Assembly (NCBI GenBank): GCA_965116875.1
Contig: OZ220733.1
Coordinates: forward strand, 192,001 to 256,000
DNA: 64,000 nt
Source: Candidatus Latescibacterota bacterium
GTDB taxonomy: Bacteria > Latescibacterota > UBA2968 > GCA-2709665
Reading direction: 5' to 3'
The position numbers and the translations under genes were made by a program. This document shows positions 55,417 to 64,000 of this stretch, piece after piece (position 1 is the first letter of the stretch; each line of letters opens with the position of its first letter). Under the pieces are notes generated by a model, which was not told the DNA's origin, ran no database searches, and worked only from the letters and a program-made list of their open reading frames with translations.

Positions 55417-58400
55417 TCAGGCTGAGCGGATACGCAAAGAGGCGCGAGGAATCATACAAATGGGTACAACGATAACCAGCAGCGCCGATGAGACAACCAG
55501 CCCGCCGGACGTACCTATCGCGAGGGTGTACCATATTTCGGACCGATCGCCATGCAGCATCAGAGGCAGAAAACCCGCAACGGTGGTCAGTGTTGTGATA
55601 AAGATCGGTCGCAGCCGCTGGGATGCGGCCAAGACAACAGCGTCAATGGGAGACGACGGCCTCGCCTTCAATGTACGAGAAATATTATGGACCAGCAGAA
55701 TGGCGTTGTTCACTGAAATGCCCATCAGAAGCAATAGGGAGGCGTAACCGCCCTTGTTAAAGGACGCACCGAACAGGTAAATCCCAGCTCCGACCCCGAT
55801 GAGCGCCAGCGGCAATGCAATCAATACGAGGATTGGCCGCGTCCATGACTCGAACAGAGCGGACGTGATCATCCACACAAGTAGCACCGAGAGTAATACA
55901 ATGAATATCAGTTCCTTTTTTCCGCCTTCGGTTAGGTCCGTCCTCATATAACCCTTGTTCAGGCTGTAACCGTAAGGCAAGTCCGTTTTTACTATCAGAT
56001 CTTCAACTAACTTTTCGGAATAGTTGTAGTCTGCAAGGACGGTAAATCCAACCTCTTTGACGTAGCGCTGGTTGTCGCGTTCGATTGTCGGCCTCGCAAA
56101 CTGCTTTTCCAGATGGCTGATGTGGCCGATCCGCGCGGCGTGTCCCTCCAGCAAAACATGCCTAAGTTGACGGAGGTCCGTGCCGCCCTCCGCTTTCGCC
56201 GAGACGGCTGCCGGTACTTCGCGTCCGTCCACGGACATGCGCTGAATGGAAGATCCCTCATCCAGGCGGGCCTGTATTTCGTCCACAACCTTGGCGTGAT
56301 CCACGCCCAAGGGGGAGGTTCTCGCATGGTCAATCCGTGCCAGAATTTCATACCTGGGCGGACCGAAAGTGCGGTCGACCTGAATGTCGCGTACTCTCCG
56401 CGATCGGCGCTCTTTCAAGCGCTCTGCAATTCCTTCCGCAATATCTCCCACATTCCGCAGGTTGTAGCCCTGTACCTCCAGTTGTCTGCTCACGCCACTA
56501 GTGCCCAGAGGCTTACCCGACGGATCAATGTCCTGGCCCCATACACGGAATCCCACGCCGCCGATATTGTCGCCATAAACGACCAAGTGTTCATAAAGCA
56601 AATAGGGAATGGCCGACCGTTTATATTCATCCTTCAGCCGGATCTGAATGAGTCCGTACCGCCCCGAACTCTGTGTGATGATGCCACTGATGACGGAGGA
56701 GAAACTGAGAAGCTGCTTCTCGATCCCCTTAAAGATCCCATCCAGTCGACTGATGTGCGCATTGAAGGGCATCTCGAGAAACACGATGAGGGAGAATCCT
56801 TCCGCAATTTCCCTCATGATATGCCTGTGCGGCGCTCCGTCAACCCGGTGGTCTACGTCTTTGAATAGATAGTAGGTAGCGCCCCCGAGAATCAGATTCA
56901 GAGCTGGTCTCAGGAATAAGGCTGTTGGATTGCCCCAGACGTTGTTGTAGAGCCGTGCGGACCCTTCCGAAAGATGTCTCCACGGCGAGCGAGGTGTTTG
57001 TTCTTGTTCGTCTGTCACGCTGCTGTAATTGGCTGATGCGGCCATTGTGTCCCTGCTGGCGAGCCAATCTGTGTATTCCTGCCGCGTCGCGACCATTCCG
57101 GTTGATGCGTACTCATTTGGCCGATTCGCTTGGCGCTGGCCGACTTGCTCCGGGAGGAGCCAAATTGGAAAGCCCACCATCCATGCCAACAGTGCCAGTA
57201 TCAATACTCTGTGTCGGCCACACATGCCCAGGGTCCGCTGATATAGACGAAACATCGGATCAACGCTCCGAACAGCAGATTCCTGCTGGAGCACCGACCG
57301 GTAGAAAAACGTGGGAATCAGGACCAGTGCAATTAGGAGGGAAAGCAGGAGGGTTAAACCTAATGATACAACAAGAGGTTTGAAATACCGCTGCAGGTCT
57401 TCCGATAGAAAGAGAACCGGCAAAAAAGCGCCAATGGTCGTCAGATTCGAAGCCGCGACCGGGTACATAACTCCGCGCAACCCTTGAGCCACTGCCTGTT
57501 TCATGTTGACGTCGGTAGCACGCTCATCTGCGCTACGCCGGACGTAATCGTATACGACAATAGCATTGTCTACACAAACCCCGAAACCGATGGTAAAACC
57601 AGCCAATGTCACCAGGTTCAGGTGCAAACCAAACAAAAAAAACAGGCTCAGGGCCCCAAGTACGGACAATAGGACAGAAGCAAGAATCAGGATCACAGAA
57701 TGAAAGCGCCTGAATACCCCCGCCAACACCAGACATATGAGCAACATAGAGACGGCTGAACGTCGGAGCAGGAACCGCAGCTCCGCATGTATTTCGGCGC
57801 CTGCGTCATTTAGTACGATGATCTCGACACCATCCGGCATTTGCCCGGACAAATCAGAGATCTTTTCCCGAACCCGCCCGGAGGTGCGAATCATATCGCT
57901 TCCGTGCGCTCGCTCAATCCGGACGGCCACTGCGTTTCGTCCATTAATTCGGAACACGGATTCGGGATCACGGTGCCGGTACCGCACATCGGCCACGTCG
58001 CCCAGCGGGATGGCACGGGCCATTCCGGCGCCCGGCAGAGGAATCCGTCTGATCTCATCCAAGTTCTCAAAACCGCTCTTCATCTGGATGCGGCTAACGG
58101 CCCCGTGCGTCTCTGTCGCGTCTAAGGAACGAGTTTGCATTCCTCGGGCGGCCAAGGCGACCCTCAACCGATTCATATCAATACCTCTGCTCCGAGCAAG
58201 GTCCTGATCCAACTCGATCATGACGCCTCGTTCGCCTCCGCCCTGTACCGAGACGGCTCTGACCCCGGGGATAGCCAACAGCGGCAGACGAACCCGCTCT
58301 CGAACCAGGCTCCGCAGTTCCGAGGCATCCGCTTGACCGTGTACAAAGCAGACGAAAAAATCCCTTAATTCTCTGCGAAGACTTGGGGCCGACCGACGAA

Positions 58401-58785
58401 CGACAGGCCACGAGACACGCTCCGGTCTCTCGCGGAAGAAGGTATAGATCCGTTCTTTGATTTCGAGTTCCGCTCGTTCAATGTCTACCGAACGTGCAAA
58501 TTCAGCGACGACACTTGCACCACCCTCGCGGGTTGATGAGCGTATTGTAGCCACATCCCTCACGCCACGTACAAGCGACTCGACCGGGGCTGTGAGCCGG
58601 GACTCGATCGTAAGTGCAGACGCACCGGGCCACGATATGCTTATTGTGAGTTGTGACGCATCTGCTTCTTCACCTATATCGATAGGGATTAGAGGAAAAC
58701 ACATCATTCCAATGGCAAGAATCGCTCCGCAGGCAACCCCCACGGCAACCGGCCGATCCAGCATCTGGTGCGCCAATCCCAGCAT
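55417..58785 (-). CDS. RND efflux permease (AcrB/AcrD/AcrF family), divergent subunit
   Basis: WPGASA..IE...T.P.E, FRING, VDNAIVV, NNAILLV, RLRPI.ITTLTT..G.LP. Confidence 0.9.
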   Translation of the reverse strand: MLGLAHQMLDRPVAVGVACGAILAIGMMCFPLIPIDIGEEADASQLTISISWPGASALTIESRLTAPVESLVRGVRDVATIRSSTREGGASVVAEFARSVDIERAELEIKERIYTFFRERPERVSWPVVRRSAPSLRRELRDFFVCFVHGQADASELRSLVRERVRLPLLAIPGVRAVSVQGGGERGVMIELDQDLARSRGIDMNRLRVALAARGMQTRSLDATETHGAVSRIQMKSGFENLDEIRRIPLPGAGMARAIPLGDVADVRYRHRDPESVFRINGRNAVAVRIERAHGSDMIRTSGRVREKISDLSGQMPDGVEIIVLNDAGAEIHAELRFLLRRSAVSMLLICLVLAGVFRRFHSVILILASVLLSVLGALSLFFLFGLHLNLVTLAGFTIGFGVCVDNAIVVYDYVRRSADERATDVNMKQAVAQGLRGVMYPVAASNLTTIGAFLPVLFLSEDLQRYFKPLVVSLGLTLLLSLLIALVLIPTFFYRSVLQQESAVRSVDPMFRLYQRTLGMCGRHRVLILALLAWMVGFPIWLLPEQVGQRQANRPNEYASTGMVATRQEYTDWLASRDTMAASANYSSVTDEQEQTPRSPWRHLSEGSARLYNNVWGNPTALFLRPALNLILGGATYYLFKDVDHRVDGAPHRHIMREIAEGFSLIVFLEMPFNAHISRLDGIFKGIEKQLLSFSSVISGIITQSSGRYGLIQIRLKDEYKRSAIPYLLYEHLVVYGDNIGGVGFRVWGQDIDPSGKPLGTSGVSRQLEVQGYNLRNVGDIAEGIAERLKERRSRRVRDIQVDRTFGPPRYEILARIDHARTSPLGVDHAKVVDEIQARLDEGSSIQRMSVDGREVPAAVSAKAEGGTDLRQLRHVLLEGHAARIGHISHLEKQFARPTIERDNQRYVKEVGFTVLADYNYSEKLVEDLIVKTDLPYGYSLNKGYMRTDLTEGGKKELIFIVLLSVLLVWMITSALFESWTRPILVLIALPLALIGVGAGIYLFGASFNKGGYASLLLLMGISVNNAILLVHNISRTLKARPSSPIDAVVLAASQRLRPIFITTLTTVAGFLPLMLHGDRSEIWYTLAIGTSGGLVVSSALLVIVVPICMIPRASLRIRSA

Positions 58786-58787
58786 CT

Positions 58788-61700
58788 TCAGTTCTTCTTC
58801 CTGACCAATACAGCGTAGATGATGGGTACGAAAACCAAGGTTCCCAGCGTTGCCAGAGAAATACCGCCCACGATAGCCCAGGCCAGAGGACGCCGCAGTT
58901 CCGCCCCGCTGCCGCTGGACAGGGCCATAGGCAGCAAACCGCATACCGTTGTCATCGTTGTCATACAGATGGGGCGAAAACGCTTCCGCCCTGCGTCCAG
59001 AATCGCCAGCTGAAGGTCGCCGCTTGTCTGAACACGATGGTGGATAAAGTCCACCTTGACAATAGCGTCGTTCACAACGATTCCCACCAGCACGATGCAG
59101 CCCAATAGGGACATCACATTTAGTGTATTTCCCGTCAGCCAGAGGGTCGTCACAACCCCCGTGGATGCCAGTGGGACCGTCGTGATAATGACCAGAGGAA
59201 CCATAAGTGATTCGAACTGGGCGGCAAGGATGAAATACACCAGTATTAGCGATATCGCAAGAATTGAGAGGATGTTCCGGTATTGCTCAAACATGTGCGC
59301 GTATTGGGAGCCGCTCTCAATCCAATATCCATTTGGGAGGCCGATCTTGTCCACTATCCGGGCAACCAAATCACGTGCCTGGTCTCGATGAATCTCATGT
59401 AATCCGGCCGTAATGGTGACGGTACGTGCTTGTTCCTGGCGATGGATCTCCTCAAAGTCTTCAGCGGGTTCGAGATGAATCAGTTCAGAAAGAGGCACGT
59501 GAATGACACGGCCACGTTTACGTACGGGGTATTTGATGGTCAAGATGCGCTTCAGGTCAAGGTTGCCGCGGCCTTCCGCGAGCACCCGAATGTCGATCTG
59601 CTCGACAAAATCGACAAACCGGGTAGGAATACTGCCATCAAGATGCCGCTCGATAAAAAGGGAAAGTTTCTCGGGACGGACACCGTATATGATAGCGGCG
59701 TCGCGGTCCACACGTACACTATAAGCCCGCCTTCCTTGCGTCAGATCGGATTGCACATTGACAAAGCTCGGTGACTGCCGCATGAATTCGCAGATTCGTC
59801 GACTCAATGCAGCCAACGTATCCAAGTCGGAACCCACAATCTTGACATCGAACTGTGCCTGCTGAACTTGAAACAAGTGTTCAAAGACTGATTCCGGCCG
59901 AGAGAGCGTAAGGGTCAGCCCTCCGAATTCAGTGAATGCGCCCTCGAGTCGACGCGCTACCTCCACTCCCGCGGCGTCTTTCGTCAGTTCTATATCTAGA
60001 AGTGCCTTATTCAGACCCGGCTGATACCTACCGTCCATAGCCTCCCGTGTGATTCCCACCGATGCCAGAACTGACTCAACGCCACGCTCCGTTAAAACGC
60101 GTTTCTCCAGGCGGGTAACTTGCGCCGAAGTCGTCGCCAAACTCGCATCCTGCGGCAATTCGACCTGAGCGATCAGACGTTTCCTGTCCACATCCGGCAT
60201 CAGTTCCCTGTCCATCTTCAGCGCCATCCAACCGCTTACCGGAAGCGGTAAAACCGCTACGCAGATCACCTTCCATCGGTGGCGAAGGGCTATCGACAGG
60301 GCCCTTTCGTAAATTGCGAAAACACCGGCGACAATACGTTGAAAGAGTTCAATAGACCGCACGAACGGGATCAAGCCTATGGATGCATATCGATATACAA
60401 GACGAAACCGGCCTCTGTTGACGCGCTCTGGCTTCCACTGCCGGGAAGCAAGCATCGGTAGCAGCGTAATCGACACTAAGAGGGAGGCTGCCAGCGCTAA
60501 GGAGATTGTTACGGCCTGCTCGAAGAAGAGCACTCCCGCCATTCCTTTGATGTACACCAGCGGCAAAAAAACCGACATTGTGGTAAACGTAGAGGCGGTA
60601 ATCGCTAACCCGACTTCGTTGGTGCCTCTGACGGAAGCTTCTCGAGAATCGGCCTGAAGCTCCCGATGGCGAAAGATGTTTTCCAAAACCACGATAGAGT
60701 TGTCGACCAGTATCCCAATACCCAGAGCCAGTCCACCCAGCGAAATCACATTCAAATGAATATCTAGGAAGTACATACAGATGAACGTCGCAATGATCGA
60801 CACCGGAATGGAGAGACCGATGATGATTGGGTTTCTCAAGTCCCTGAGAAACAGCACAAGAGAAACAAAAGCGAAGAGTCCGCCGAGGTAAAGGGACTGC
60901 AGCACATTGTCTACAGATTCCCGTATGAACTCTGCCTGATCGAATAGCGGCCGCACCTCAAAATCAGGATAATCCCGAGAAAACCGGTAGAGATCGCCGT
61001 AGACTTTTTCCGACGTATCCACCGTGTTGGAACCCGCCTCCTTGAATAGATGCAGGGTGATTACCTCGCTGCCGTTCAAACGTGTATACCCTCTCCGGTC
61101 AGTGAAACCCTTCTCAATGCGGGCGACATCCTTGAGGCGAATCTGTTTGGGCTCATGTCGGACCGGAATACGCCCCATCTCGTCAATGCGGGTGAACTCC
61201 GCCTGAATTCGGAGGGGAAACCGTGAATACCCTTCACGGACCGCTCCACCAAAGCTAACCACATTGAATTGTTTCAGGCTACTTTCCACGTCCTCAAAGC
61301 TAACTCCATATCGCCTGCATTGTTCCGTGTCGAGGTAGACTCGAATCTCTCGCTCCTGGCCTCCTACGACCTGCACATAGGCAACACCGTCGATCTGTTC
61401 AAGGCGACGCTTGACAACGGACTCCGACACCTCCTTTAATTCCATCAGGGCTTCGTTGTAGTCCTGACGCGACCGAGGACGTTCAATTCGCGACCCAGTA
61501 ACGATTAACGTCATGATTGGGGCTGAGGCGGGATCAAAGCGCAAAATAGTTGGACGTCCTGCGGCCTGCGGAAGCATTCCCTGGTCCAAGCTGCTTCGAA
61601 CCTGAACGAATGCCAGATCCATGTCGCTTCCCCAGCGAAACGACACATCCACAAAGGAAAGGCCCTCACGGGAAACCGAACGGATTCTGTGCACTTTGCT

Positions 61701-61922
61701 CACTGCGCTCAGAACGGCTTCGAGAGGGCGAGTGACGTATTCTTCCACGTCACGAGCGTTCATCGTGGGACACTCGGTTCGCACGATAAGTCTTGGTACA
61801 TCGATATCGGGAAGGAAGTCCACGCTCAGCCGGAAGAGTGAATAAACGCCAAGCAGAATGACGGCAAGAAAGCAAACAGTGGTGGCTACCGGCCGGCTGA
61901 CCACAACGCGCACAATTCGCAT
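58788..61922 (-). CDS. RND efflux permease (AcrB/AcrD/AcrF family)
   Basis: RPVAT, LPDID.P, VEEYVT.PLE, GILVDNSIVVLENI, AQFES, RFRPI.MTTMTT; start 61922 or 61931. Confidence 0.93.
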   Translation of the reverse strand: MRIVRVVVSRPVATTVCFLAVILLGVYSLFRLSVDFLPDIDVPRLIVRTECPTMNARDVEEYVTRPLEAVLSAVSKVHRIRSVSREGLSFVDVSFRWGSDMDLAFVQVRSSLDQGMLPQAAGRPTILRFDPASAPIMTLIVTGSRIERPRSRQDYNEALMELKEVSESVVKRRLEQIDGVAYVQVVGGQEREIRVYLDTEQCRRYGVSFEDVESSLKQFNVVSFGGAVREGYSRFPLRIQAEFTRIDEMGRIPVRHEPKQIRLKDVARIEKGFTDRRGYTRLNGSEVITLHLFKEAGSNTVDTSEKVYGDLYRFSRDYPDFEVRPLFDQAEFIRESVDNVLQSLYLGGLFAFVSLVLFLRDLRNPIIIGLSIPVSIIATFICMYFLDIHLNVISLGGLALGIGILVDNSIVVLENIFRHRELQADSREASVRGTNEVGLAITASTFTTMSVFLPLVYIKGMAGVLFFEQAVTISLALAASLLVSITLLPMLASRQWKPERVNRGRFRLVYRYASIGLIPFVRSIELFQRIVAGVFAIYERALSIALRHRWKVICVAVLPLPVSGWMALKMDRELMPDVDRKRLIAQVELPQDASLATTSAQVTRLEKRVLTERGVESVLASVGITREAMDGRYQPGLNKALLDIELTKDAAGVEVARRLEGAFTEFGGLTLTLSRPESVFEHLFQVQQAQFDVKIVGSDLDTLAALSRRICEFMRQSPSFVNVQSDLTQGRRAYSVRVDRDAAIIYGVRPEKLSLFIERHLDGSIPTRFVDFVEQIDIRVLAEGRGNLDLKRILTIKYPVRKRGRVIHVPLSELIHLEPAEDFEEIHRQEQARTVTITAGLHEIHRDQARDLVARIVDKIGLPNGYWIESGSQYAHMFEQYRNILSILAISLILVYFILAAQFESLMVPLVIITTVPLASTGVVTTLWLTGNTLNVMSLLGCIVLVGIVVNDAIVKVDFIHHRVQTSGDLQLAILDAGRKRFRPICMTTMTTVCGLLPMALSSGSGAELRRPLAWAIVGGISLATLGTLVFVPIIYAVLVRKKN

Positions 61923-61934
61923 AAGCGCCAATCC

Positions 61935-63092
61935 TCAGCGTTGAACCACAATGACGCTGGCGTCGTGGGCGAGATTGAAATGTCCCGATACGATCAATTC
62001 TTCGCCTTCTATCAGACCTTCTTCAATTTCGATTAATTCATCGTTCTCCAACCCAGTTCTTACGTAACGCCATTTTGCCAAACCTCCCTCATGTACGAAA
62101 ATCAGTTTCCGGTCGTCACGGATAAGCAGAGCATCCCTTGGAATGAGTAGACGCTTCCTGAACACACGGGTTTCAACGTCGACCTTCGCGAACATACCTG
62201 GCTTGATCCTGTGTTCGGGGTTGTCGATCCAGATTTGAATGTCACACATACCGCTTTCAGAGTCAACCACCGGGTTAATTACTCGAATCGTTCCGCCGAA
62301 CTTCTCGCCGGGAAACGCGTGGAGACGTATTGATACGGGGGCGCCAATCCTCGCCAACGGCAACTCTCTCTCAAGTATTCCGACTTCAAGTGTCAGGGAA
62401 TCGAGCGCTACCAGCCGCATTAATTCCTGGCCTTGCGCGACCGTACCGCCATTACCGATTTCCAGGTCGGTCACATACGCGCTGAAACGGGCTCTGATGA
62501 CTGTATTGTCTACCTTTAGTTTCGACTCTGCGACATCCAGTCTTGCCCGCGTGAGGCCCGTACTGCTGGCAAGCCACGCCTTGCGCGAATTCTCCGACGC
62601 CAGCGCCAAGGCATCCATATCGTCAACATTGGCACTGTCGACAGTCTCTTCCATTTCCTTCATTAATCGTCCGCCCCTGTCCAAGTGGTTTCCCACAAGG
62701 GCTAGGGCGGCATATTCACGCAATGCACGGGTCATCTGATCCTTCGCCTTCATATAAGCGATACGATAGGGTTCGCCGTCAATCTCAATTACAATGTCGC
62801 CCTCGCGGACAAAACTACCCTCCTCGACATGCAAACGATGGACCTGTCCGGAGACCCGGGCGACGACACGCGTCTCGATACGAGGCCTGAAAACTCCTTC
62901 CGAAGAGATTCTTCTCACGAGATCCCGTTTACGGACCGTCTCCACCACGACTGGCGTATTCGGAGACTCGAATTCGGGAAACGCTTCCAGTGCTTTGTCT
63001 CGCGAAGTCGCGGATGGATTGAGGGCATTCCAAACCACAAACCCCACGGCTCCAAGCCCAAACCCCAGCACAATATAAAATAGACGATTCAC
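61935..63092 (-). CDS. RND periplasmic adaptor (membrane fusion protein)
   Basis: N-terminal TM, ARVSGQV..L.VEEG..V..GD, hairpin, IKPGMFAKV, IPRDAL, V.TGLEN. Confidence 0.92.
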   Translation of the reverse strand: MNRLFYIVLGFGLGAVGFVVWNALNPSATSRDKALEAFPEFESPNTPVVVETVRKRDLVRRISSEGVFRPRIETRVVARVSGQVHRLHVEEGSFVREGDIVIEIDGEPYRIAYMKAKDQMTRALREYAALALVGNHLDRGGRLMKEMEETVDSANVDDMDALALASENSRKAWLASSTGLTRARLDVAESKLKVDNTVIRARFSAYVTDLEIGNGGTVAQGQELMRLVALDSLTLEVGILERELPLARIGAPVSIRLHAFPGEKFGGTIRVINPVVDSESGMCDIQIWIDNPEHRIKPGMFAKVDVETRVFRKRLLIPRDALLIRDDRKLIFVHEGGLAKWRYVRTGLENDELIEIEEGLIEGEELIVSGHFNLAHDASVIVVQR

Positions 63093-63545
63093 TGTTTCGA
63101 CACCCGTACGCGTCCCATAGCGGTTAACCTTTGCAGACAAAGAAGGACACGGTTTTCATAGGTTCAATGTCAGTCAAAAACCATTGATCGAGAGCCGCGA
63201 ATGTGTCAAGTGGGAAGTTTCGCGACGATAATGTAACGGCGCATCGAACCCTTATTCGTCACTCTTCAGCAAACCAGAATCGGACTCTTTCAGAGATTTA
63301 AGTGCGAAATGAGAACCAAGAAGCCTGCAGTCCCAAGTACACCTGCGATATTTAGTCCGAATTGAGAAATAACACTTCCGACGTATCGAAAAGTTGATGG
63401 CAATCCCAATCAGCCGTCTCTTTGACCAGATTCGCAGTATTAGAAAAAAGTCCCCAAATACTCCAATAGTCGAGCATTCGAAGACAATGGGACGTTCAAC
63501 TTGCGGATTTATATGGTACTAATTCATCCTCCGGTCAGTCTTAAA

Positions 63546-64000
63546 TCATTCCGACGGTTCGTAATGATTGCATATTAACTCCAGGTCGTTCAATGCAGCC
63601 TCTTCGAGGTTTGCGATTTCCAAAAGACGTTTGTAAAGTTTTTCTAATGTCGGTATCAAGGCTCTTTTTTGGGCAATATAACAGAGGTTTCGGAATACAA
63701 GCCATTTTTGGGAAATCGTTTTGAATTGCCTCGCCAACTGACACAAACGACGATCTCGCAACGAGACCGCCCCGAATTCCAGAAATTTCGCGTGACCCTC
63801 ACGCTCGGGGATTACCATCTGAGTTTGTCGGAAGACCTGATCTAGCAGCTTACGTGCTTTCTCCTTCTTGAGCCATTTCCAGTGTTCCAAGTCGTTAGCG
63901 AGGGATCGCAGACCCGTCAACCCGAGACAGGTACCAGGTACGTGGAAACTGTCGCCACGCATAAATTGAATATTCTTATTAATCGATCGTTCAGTCTCGT
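63546..64000 (-). CDS. 3' part of a probable BtrH-family / DUF4872 protein (runs off window)
   Basis: Frame open to the window edge; GL.GL..LA.DL..W...R...A.FL......L...A..F..IS..W...L.EIA..EE.A pattern. Confidence 0.5.
   Translation of the reverse strand, partial: ETERSINKNIQFMRGDSFHVPGTCLGLTGLRSLANDLEHWKWLKKEKARKLLDQVFRQTQMVIPEREGHAKFLEFGAVSLRDRRLCQLARQFKTISQKWLVFRNLCYIAQKRALIPTLEKLYKRLLEIANLEEAALNDLELICNHYEPSE

Overview
GC-rich bacterial chromosomal segment. Gene content (PorV/PorQ barrel, T9SS-type C-terminal sorting domain, CarboxypepD-type TonB receptor, several TPR-GWxTD proteins, expanded PhyH/HpcH/DegT/sulfatase catabolic families) suggests a non-Bacteroidota FCB-group organism such as Latescibacterota; this is inference. 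Layout: (1) 1-24.6 kb housekeeping and catabolic genes (mazG, purB, arsC, an enolase-sulfatase-aldolase operon, a long minus-strand PhyH-to-CocE run, an orphan hicB). (2) 24.6-49.2 kb all-minus-strand cell-envelope block: three GT-C-like membrane proteins including a TMTC homolog, two small OM barrels, two TPR-GWxTD proteins and an OM barrel-TonB receptor-CTD cargo-PorV operon. (3) 49.3-64 kb more A/T-rich island: IS3 and IS630 relics, an intact IS1380, a third TPR-GWxTD protein, an adaptor plus two RND permeases, and a partial BtrH/DUF4872-like gene. Non-coding elements: two MITEs with target-site duplications (one sharing a 16-bp terminus with the IS1380), a GTAG-type REP family and two other palindromic repeat clusters. 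No rRNA, canonical tRNA or CRISPR array was seen. The best candidate for an undescribed system is the TonB receptor + T9SS-type cargo + dedicated PorV unit, bracketed by TPR-GWxTD and protein-glycosylation genes. All product calls come from motif recognition by eye; no database searches were run.
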